Positions 8,469 through 15,852 of a stretch of 59,387 bases of DNA are shown here, piece by piece. Each line of letters starts with the position of its first letter. Position 1 is the stretch's first letter. The notes below the pieces were generated by a model that did no database searches, was not told where the DNA came from, and saw only the letters and a program-made list of their open reading frames with translations. Both the position numbers and the translations under genes were made by a program. This DNA is from a virus (taxonomy: Duplodnaviria; Caudoviricetes). The DNA is taken from the IMG/VR virus record IMGVR_UViG_3300027969_000005, positions 1-59,387 of that record; one strand, 5' to 3'.

Positions 8469-10031
8469 TTACTGTTCCCCGTAAAGGTCAATTTTCTTTA
8501 ATCGACCTAGGCCGCCGCCCGCGCCAGTGGTGCCCTTGGCCATTGCGTGGGCCACGCGGCCACCGCTTTTGCGCGGCATGGGCATGCCCGGAGGCGGACC
8601 CATTGGCGGACCACCGGGGGGCGGACCCATGGGCGGCATCATGCCGGGAGGTGGGCCGCCGGGGGGCGGGCCGCCCATAGGCATACCCGGAGGTGGGCCA
8701 GCGGGCGCGACAGGAACCGGAACGCCGCGTGGCGGCATTGGCGGTGCGCCAGCGCCGGGCTGGGCCTGCTGGCCACCGGGGTGGCCGCCAATGATGATGT
8801 TAATGTTTGTTTTGCCCTTGCCTGTGCGACCGCCATGCTTGCGGGCCATACGGCCACCGGTCGGGCGCGTACCTTGGAAGACGCCGTCAGAGACGCTGCC
8901 GCCGTCTTTCTTTGCGCCAAGGAGCATAGCGGCGGGGGACAGGTACTTTGCGGCTTTGGGGTTTGCCGCAAGCGCCGCAGCGGGCGAAAGCATCTGAAGG
9001 ATGCCGCCGTCTGCCTTGTGTGCGCGACCGCCATCCTTGCGGGCCGTGTACCCCCCAGAGCACTTAGCGCAAGAGCAAGACCCGCCATGCTTCAGGCCCT
9101 TCATGGACTTCTGTCGGTCATGCTTTTCGTCCATCTCGGACTTTTCCCAGTCCGCATGAGACATCTTGTATTTAGCAGCTAGCTTCTTGTCTTGGCGCAT
9201 GTCCTCTTTCGATCCTTCGAAAGAGGCCTCTCCGCCCTTTTTGTAAGGGACGGGACGACTTGCAGCAGCGCCAGCACGACCGGCGGCAGCCGTAGCTGCA
9301 GCATTTTGAGCAGCGGCAGCCTTTGCCATGCGGATTTCTTCAGGCGATGGGCCTGATGCCACAGTCTTAACTGGGACTTTAGGCGGTACAGCCTTGTCGA
9401 GTTGAGCGGCAGTGCGTCCAAAGTCGCGACCCTCATTGTTCATGCTGCGGAGACGTGCGGCATTAAGCTCACCACCATCGGCACGCTTCTGACGACCACC
9501 AGCCTTATAGGCTTGGCGACCGTTGCCAGTAGGCTCACCGCCACCGCCGCCGCCCGAAGAGGAGCCAGAAGGAAGACCCGCCGCCTTGGCCGCCATAGAC
9601 GTAGCGCCATTAAACGCCATTCGTGAGGTTGGGACAAACGACTTGTCCGATGGCCCGGCAAGCCCGCCCTCAGACTTTTTAGGGGCACCGCCGCGCTTAA
9701 AGCCTCCGACATGCTTAACGCCGTCGCGCTTTTCGTTGGCTTCCTTTTGATTTCGGTTCATCAGGTCAATGGCGTAGGTGCTTCCACCAGACTTGCGAGC
9801 CATGCGGCCCGCGTTGGGGCTTGGGGCGCAGCCATCGACCTTGTCCATGACCTTGCCACCGCGCTTGAACTGGCGGCGGGAGATGGGGCGCATGCCTGTG
9901 GCCTTGTCAGCATCCAAAGGATCAGGCGTCACATACCCCGATGCATCAACCTTTTGGTTTGGATCGGTTCGAGTGATGCGTGCGATCTTGGCATGCATCG
10001 CCTTTCGGGCTGCTTTGGCGGCTTCAGACAT
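8469..10031 (-). CDS. Low-complexity basic protein with about 13 xxxGG motifs and a Pro/Gly/Met tail (probable internal virion protein)
   Basis: Repeats such as FKRGG, RKSGG, YKAGG, RADGG, YKKGG, RKDGG; SD GGAG before ATG 10031. Confidence 0.8.
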   Translation of the reverse strand: MSEAAKAARKAMHAKIARITRTDPNQKVDASGYVTPDPLDADKATGMRPISRRQFKRGGKVMDKVDGCAPSPNAGRMARKSGGSTYAIDLMNRNQKEANEKRDGVKHVGGFKRGGAPKKSEGGLAGPSDKSFVPTSRMAFNGATSMAAKAAGLPSGSSSGGGGGGEPTGNGRQAYKAGGRQKRADGGELNAARLRSMNNEGRDFGRTAAQLDKAVPPKVPVKTVASGPSPEEIRMAKAAAAQNAAATAAAGRAGAAASRPVPYKKGGEASFEGSKEDMRQDKKLAAKYKMSHADWEKSEMDEKHDRQKSMKGLKHGGSCSCAKCSGGYTARKDGGRAHKADGGILQMLSPAAALAANPKAAKYLSPAAMLLGAKKDGGSVSDGVFQGTRPTGGRMARKHGGRTGKGKTNINIIIGGHPGGQQAQPGAGAPPMPPRGVPVPVAPAGPPPGMPMGGPPPGGPPPGMMPPMGPPPGGPPMGPPPGMPMPRKSGGRVAHAMAKGTTGAGGGLGRLKKIDLYGEQ

Positions 10032-10110
10032 GATGTTCTCCACAAAACCGGCGTCCCGGCATTAGTTGGCCACAAGATAGCACACCCTGTAAAAGCGGCG
10101 AGATGATTTT

Positions 10111-13100
10111 TTAGCGGCGCTTTTGGGCCCTCATGGCGACGCCAATGGCCTTGTTGACTGTGCCGCCCTTGTTCAGGCCGTAGTCTTTCTGCCGCTCAAG
10201 CCCCTGCTGAATGCTCTCAAGCATGCGATCATTGATCGGCTGGGTTTGCTTTTGTTCCTCAAAGAGCTTCCTAGCGGTTGATCGGCCCAAACTATCCGGC
10301 GAATAGGGGTGAATAATTTGACCGCTTTTTGTCGGGTTAGACAGCATCTGATCAATCACGTCAGGCATGGCATAGTGGCGCTGAACCAAGGGAACATCGC
10401 CCCAATATTCCCCCGGCGTGTCGGTGGAATATGTTGAGTGTTCAAAGGATTTAGGGTGAGTATCGGTGGCGTCAGGATTAAATTTTACAATTCGATGCCC
10501 AAGCATGTTTCCGGAAGCGCCCTTAACATCTGGATCGGAAATTGCAGCACGGGTTACGCCCACAGAGGGAAAGCCCTTTTTGGCCCACAAGGCAGTGTCC
10601 ATATATTTCACAATGTCACTGCGATGGCCGCCGGGAAGATCGCGGGCAAACTCACTTGCGGCCTTGGCGTTTTTGATTCCCGGCCAAGTCTCAAGATATT
10701 TGATAGCAGAAGCACGTTTGGCGACAGACTTATCGTCCGTGCCCTTTATGTGCTCACCGCGCATGATGCTCTCATCAAAAGCTTTTGCATCGGCTTTTGA
10801 GATATCTAGCGTCGGAATTTGAGCCATTAGGGCATCAAACATATTGTGCGATGAATCCACCGCCCTTGGACCCATTGGCCCAAAAGCACCGAAAACAGGA
10901 CCAGTTTTGGCCGCAGCCCGAATGACCTTTTGCAAAGCGGTCGCATGAGATGGGTTGTTTGCCCAGACCTGACCCTTGTTGGGCTCGCGCATGTAGGATG
11001 TGCCAGCATGCAGATCGACCGGCCAAGCAAGCTCCTTGCCGTTGATGTGCGTCAGGCGGCCAAGGGCAGATCGGTCACCGCCTAAATTCAAAAGCGTTCC
11101 GCCCTCTTTGTGCAGGGCCTCCCAGCTTTTATGCTGAATGTCCTTAGGGGTAACGCCGGGGATGTTCGCAACCGTTGCGGAAACGTCAGAAACGCCCATG
11201 GGCTGCTTGACGTTATAGAAGCTGCCGGTTCCAGTCTCGCCGCCCATTGGCGTCTTTAGGCTGCGGGCAATCATCAAAGCCGAATTGACGCTCTTAGGAT
11301 CGGCACTGAAGGGACTTGAGACCCTTGCCAAAGCCGCCCTGACCCTATCCATATCTGGCGATCCGCCCTTGCTAAAGCCAACCTCGCCACCCTTGGCATA
11401 TGCCTTAAACCCGCGCTTAAGGATGCTCTCGCGCATGCGAGGCGTGATGGTCAGGCCGGGCAGTGGTACGGAACCGTTTAACGAGGCAGGCACCCAATCA
11501 GCACGGCTCTCCGCCCCAACCTCATGATACCCCAAATGTGCTTCGGGATCGTGCTCACGAGCAAGCTTTATCAATCGGTTTGGCAAGAGCTTGTCGTAAT
11601 AGCCCTCCATGCCCTCTCCGCCAGTTTTTAAGTCGAGGTTAGATAGCTTTTTCCAATCACGATATGGCCCGTGAACCCGATCTCCGTGCCCGGCATGAAT
11701 CTTGTCCGCAATTTCTTTTCCAAAAATATCGCTTATTTCAGAATGAGTTTTTCCAGCGTGAGCCGACAACTCTTCACCGTTTGAATCATGAGCAACGACG
11801 GTGTGTGTGCCGTCCTCTTCAGGCTCATATTCAATATGGTCAATATGATGACTTAAGTCATATCTATTTGCCTGCTCTTTTCCGGGCGTCCAAACGAACT
11901 TATCGTAACCACCTTTAGCGGCCTCAATAAGTGCCCGCTTCAGCCCTAGATCGGTCCAGTTTTCGGTTTTATTAATATATGGGGCATCCGGCCCTATTCC
12001 GGCCACTCCTTTTTTTCGTGCATCCTGACCCCAATCGCTTTGCAACTCTTCAAGATGTAACACCTTTTGACCTTCAGGCGTAGATCGATCAGACATACGA
12101 AGATGTGCGACAACATTGGGTTCGTGCCAATGAGAAGATTGATAATTCCCCCCGAGAGCATCATTCTCAGGAAGATGCATTAGCACTTCTCGATAATTTC
12201 GTCTTGGCCCAGCCATTTGGTATTTGTGGTACATCGAGGCCCCGTGAGAGTTGCTAGGAAGCTCCTCTCTATCATCCGTAAAAAAGTCTTCCGGCAAATC
12301 CCAATCAGGACCATCCAGAATGCCAGTTTGGTTGGCCGGATTGGAGGCAACCTTATATTTGCCGTGTGGATGGTATGTCTTTTCAAGCAATTGCGGAATG
12401 CGATTGTGAAAATGATGAACCAAATCCTCTTTGGTTACGCTAGGTTGATTAGCAAACGCTTCATTTGCTCCCGACCATTTAAATTCATCGGCCTTTACGC
12501 CGGGCGATGTGGAAATGGCACGAAGCATGTCCTGAGGACGCCCCTTGGCCTGCTTTAGACTGTCGGCAGCCTTTGCCGCTTGGCTGTATAAGCCCGCATC
12601 GTTCAGATCATTGCCATCATCAACCTCGCCGCCCGCAGCCCGATGCACAGCCTGCCGATCGCGAATAACTTGCTCGGGGTGCTCAATGCCAATTGCCCCG
12701 CCCTCAGGCACCTGATGGCGCATAGCCTCGATCTGCTCAGCGGCGGTCGCATGCGTACCTGCAGCCGATACGACTTCGTGCCCTTCGTGGTCACGAGCGA
12801 CAACAGCCACGGGATGCTCGCCTTGCATGATACGCTTGGCGATGTCCTGCTTGGAATAGGGACCAAGGCCCAAAACCTCATTTAGGCGGTGTTGACGTGA
12901 GGCTTCGTGGATTTGCTCTTCGGTCACCAGCGCCGGGTTGAAGTGGAACGTGCCATCAGGCGTAATAGTCTCGCCAGCGCCGTCAGGAGCTTCAGGAGCG
13001 GGGTTTCCGCCCTTGGGGTACATGACAGCCTTCCGGCGGCCCTCCAGCAGTAGCTGGCGCTGGTGCTCAAGCGTCTTGTCGCTCTCGGGCAGGGTCTTAC

Positions 13101-13290
13101 CTTCGTCGTTGGTGTCGATCTCGCCGCCCTCGGAATACCCACCATTGGCGTATCCCCCGCTAGCCCGCTCGACCGGCGCACCATGTCCAAAGGTCGGAAT
13201 GTCTACCGACGCAAAACCCGGATCGACTTTAGATGCGATCCGCTTTGCAAGCATGATGGCCTGAACGGCTGAACTGGGGGCAAGTTTCAT
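10111..13290 (-). CDS. Large multidomain (polyvalent-type) protein, probably packaged/ejected
   Basis: About 1059 aa directly after the portal; domains separated by xxxGG linkers; central NYRE...SSHW...AH.R...EE.QSDW.Q domain. Confidence 0.75.
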   Translation of the reverse strand: MKLAPSSAVQAIMLAKRIASKVDPGFASVDIPTFGHGAPVERASGGYANGGYSEGGEIDTNDEGKTLPESDKTLEHQRQLLLEGRRKAVMYPKGGNPAPEAPDGAGETITPDGTFHFNPALVTEEQIHEASRQHRLNEVLGLGPYSKQDIAKRIMQGEHPVAVVARDHEGHEVVSAAGTHATAAEQIEAMRHQVPEGGAIGIEHPEQVIRDRQAVHRAAGGEVDDGNDLNDAGLYSQAAKAADSLKQAKGRPQDMLRAISTSPGVKADEFKWSGANEAFANQPSVTKEDLVHHFHNRIPQLLEKTYHPHGKYKVASNPANQTGILDGPDWDLPEDFFTDDREELPSNSHGASMYHKYQMAGPRRNYREVLMHLPENDALGGNYQSSHWHEPNVVAHLRMSDRSTPEGQKVLHLEELQSDWGQDARKKGVAGIGPDAPYINKTENWTDLGLKRALIEAAKGGYDKFVWTPGKEQANRYDLSHHIDHIEYEPEEDGTHTVVAHDSNGEELSAHAGKTHSEISDIFGKEIADKIHAGHGDRVHGPYRDWKKLSNLDLKTGGEGMEGYYDKLLPNRLIKLAREHDPEAHLGYHEVGAESRADWVPASLNGSVPLPGLTITPRMRESILKRGFKAYAKGGEVGFSKGGSPDMDRVRAALARVSSPFSADPKSVNSALMIARSLKTPMGGETGTGSFYNVKQPMGVSDVSATVANIPGVTPKDIQHKSWEALHKEGGTLLNLGGDRSALGRLTHINGKELAWPVDLHAGTSYMREPNKGQVWANNPSHATALQKVIRAAAKTGPVFGAFGPMGPRAVDSSHNMFDALMAQIPTLDISKADAKAFDESIMRGEHIKGTDDKSVAKRASAIKYLETWPGIKNAKAASEFARDLPGGHRSDIVKYMDTALWAKKGFPSVGVTRAAISDPDVKGASGNMLGHRIVKFNPDATDTHPKSFEHSTYSTDTPGEYWGDVPLVQRHYAMPDVIDQMLSNPTKSGQIIHPYSPDSLGRSTARKLFEEQKQTQPINDRMLESIQQGLERQKDYGLNKGGTVNKAIGVAMRAQKRR

Positions 13291-15620
13291 CACTCAGATC
13301 CTTCAGTGCCCAGTTCGCGTTCAATCGGGCCAAGCTGGCTCTCGGCAGCAGCCGCGCCTTCTGGATGCAGCATAATATCCCGCGCCAATTGAAGCAATTG
13401 AATGCGCTCACGGCTGTGGCGGTCGAAGTCACGGTTCTTGTCCTCAGCATCGCGCTCAGCATGCTTGACGGTAAGCTCCTCGCGGCGCGTCTGGGCATCC
13501 ATCATCTTGGCCTCTACGGCCATCAGATCGGCCTGCGTGTCCTGCTGCTGCATGCCCCCGCCAGCCAGACCCTCTTGGCGAGGCGCGAACGCACCGCTTT
13601 GGATCTTGGCATCGACCTCTTTCATTTTGGCCTGTGCGCTCGTGGTCTGAGCGTCGGCGGCCTGCTTCTTGACCTGAATTTCGGCCATGACCTTTTGCAG
13701 TTCTGGCGGCGGTGCGGCTTGAGCCGTCTTGGGCGCAAGGAACTGCTGCGGGTTGTTCCAGCCGATAGCCTGCAGGGCCGCAGTGTCGATCGCCAGAGGA
13801 TCGTACATTGACGGATTGGCGGCCTGAAGCTGCTTCAGAGCCATGATCTTCATCACACGCTGGCCGTGCGAGGCAGTGTTAGGGTCTGCCTGCGGCACCA
13901 GTTCGCAATTGTTGATGGCCTGCAGGAACATCTGCTCGTCCCATTGCGTGGCGGACGCATTCTTGCGCTGCCAGAAGCTCTCAGGATGCTCCTTAAAGCA
14001 CTCGACGAGCAACTGAAACTCCGCCGCCTGCGAGGCGTGGATGCGCTTGTGGACGGCGTTCATGACCTTAGTGGCCTGCTCGATCATCGCCAGCGTCGTT
14101 CCGACAGGCGCTTCAGCCTTGCCCTCACCGACCTGTTGCTCAGATGTGCCGCCGATTCGCATGCCGGTGTTGGCCATGTCGCCAACAAGCTGCATCAGCG
14201 CCTGCGAAGGTGGCTGATAGGGCAAAGGCATGATGGCCTGACTGATGGGTAGACCACCAGTCTTGACGAGAGCACCACCGCCGGGCGGCACGCGGAAGAT
14301 ATTGGTGTTCTGCCGCGCCCCAGTGTCAGCCATGAGGAAGCCGGGGAAGTTCGAATACATTCCGGCGTCCAGAAGCTCGCGCCATGCGGCTGTGATGGCA
14401 TTGGTCGTGTTCCCAAGGATGTGAAGCAGGCCGATGTCATAGAAGCCCATGCCCGGCACAAAGGTGTACTTCACAAACGTCGTGCGGGCATCTGGAAGGT
14501 CTTGCGTTTCCTCGTCATAGTTCCGAACGATCGACAAAATCTCACGAGACGTCAGATCGATCGTCACCCGGTAGGGGATTTCAAGCCCGCTGATCTTGCC
14601 CTTGTGCTTGTGCTCAAAGCCCGCAATATCAAGCTCGCAATAGCACTCGTAGATTTCCCGATCACGGTCCTCAGGGCTTCCGGCGTTGGCATCTAGGCCC
14701 TGCTGGTTTTTTTCTTCGCGCTGCAGGCTGTCCAGCTTAGGCGCATTGGGCATGCCCAGATCAATATCGCGATAGACGCCCAAGATCTGCAGGCGCTTAA
14801 CCGTCGAGGGGCGCATATAGACGCGGTGCGTCACGCGCTTGGCGTTAGACAGGTCTGTGGCGCTGTTATTGACGATCAAATCGTCGGCATCGACTGATTC
14901 GCTGACCGGACGATTGCGAAGAGGGCAGAAATACACCTTTTTGAACGACGTGCCGCCAAACCCCAGCATCAAGAGCATGCGGTCGGTGTCTGGGTAATAT
15001 TCCTTGGCCGTTGCAGTCAGATAGTGGTTTAGGTCGCGCTCAAGGGCGTTGGCAAGCTGGTCTTCGCGCAGTTCGGCGTTGTTATCGTCGTTGCGGATCT
15101 TTACCGGACCATCTGTGGGCAGCATTTCAGACCGTGCATTGGCCTGAAAGCGCAAGACGGCCTCCAAAAGCAGCGGGTGGCGCACTTGGCTCATGCCCTC
15201 GACGGGCGCACCCTCTGCAGAACCGCCAGACTTGCCAATCTCGATCTTTAGGCCAAGAAGCTTTACGCCCTGACTGCGCTCTTGGATCCACTCCTCGCGG
15301 CTTTTTAGGTCAGACTCAATGCCGCGAAGCAGTTCTGACGAAATGCGGCCCAACTCACCGTCTTCGATGTCCTCAACAAGGTTATCGAACCACTCCAGCG
15401 GCCCACGGTTAGCCGCCTCCCCCAAAGGCGACCCGTCAAGCGACACAGTGACCGATCCGTCGCCATGTTCGATCTTGATGATATTGCCCTTTTGGTCAAC
15501 GTCCGGCACATCTTCGGCCTCGTCGCCCATTTCGATGACGACATGGTCCATATCGGGCTCAGCAGCGGCCCCAAGGCCACCAAGGCGGATGTTCGGCGTC
15601 AAACCGGGTGTCATGGCCAT
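13290..15620 (-). CDS. Portal protein (P22-like)
   Basis: SR.EW...HPLL.EAV..FQA.A..E..P..GPV...G..FKKVY...GFY..GL.H..G...PVGTTLA..E motifs; follows TerL. Confidence 0.9.
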   Translation of the reverse strand: MAMTPGLTPNIRLGGLGAAAEPDMDHVVIEMGDEAEDVPDVDQKGNIIKIEHGDGSVTVSLDGSPLGEAANRGPLEWFDNLVEDIEDGELGRISSELLRGIESDLKSREEWIQERSQGVKLLGLKIEIGKSGGSAEGAPVEGMSQVRHPLLLEAVLRFQANARSEMLPTDGPVKIRNDDNNAELREDQLANALERDLNHYLTATAKEYYPDTDRMLLMLGFGGTSFKKVYFCPLRNRPVSESVDADDLIVNNSATDLSNAKRVTHRVYMRPSTVKRLQILGVYRDIDLGMPNAPKLDSLQREEKNQQGLDANAGSPEDRDREIYECYCELDIAGFEHKHKGKISGLEIPYRVTIDLTSREILSIVRNYDEETQDLPDARTTFVKYTFVPGMGFYDIGLLHILGNTTNAITAAWRELLDAGMYSNFPGFLMADTGARQNTNIFRVPPGGGALVKTGGLPISQAIMPLPYQPPSQALMQLVGDMANTGMRIGGTSEQQVGEGKAEAPVGTTLAMIEQATKVMNAVHKRIHASQAAEFQLLVECFKEHPESFWQRKNASATQWDEQMFLQAINNCELVPQADPNTASHGQRVMKIMALKQLQAANPSMYDPLAIDTAALQAIGWNNPQQFLAPKTAQAAPPPELQKVMAEIQVKKQAADAQTTSAQAKMKEVDAKIQSGAFAPRQEGLAGGGMQQQDTQADLMAVEAKMMDAQTRREELTVKHAERDAEDKNRDFDRHSRERIQLLQLARDIMLHPEGAAAAESQLGPIERELGTEGSE

Positions 15621-15841
15621 GTCTTAGTGCCCTCTATCTCAACGTCTCGCAGGCATTCCATCTCTTCTTCGAACAGACCAATGCCTTCCATAGCGGCCAC
15701 ATTATCAGTTTTTGCGCGGATGTTGTAGGTGCGGGTTCGATCAAACGGCGCGAGGCCCGTAACGACCACTTCCCAAAGGGGTTTTGGTCCAAATTCGATC
15801 TTCTCGACCGATGCGGTCGCCAAAATACGATCGGTAATCAT
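15611..15841 (-). CDS. Hypothetical protein
   Basis: Fills the TerL-portal gap. Confidence 0.65.
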   Translation of the reverse strand: MITDRILATASVEKIEFGPKPLWEVVVTGLAPFDRTRTYNIRAKTDNVAAMEGIGLFEEEMECLRDVEIEGTKTWP

Positions 15842-15852
15842 CGCTATCGTTC

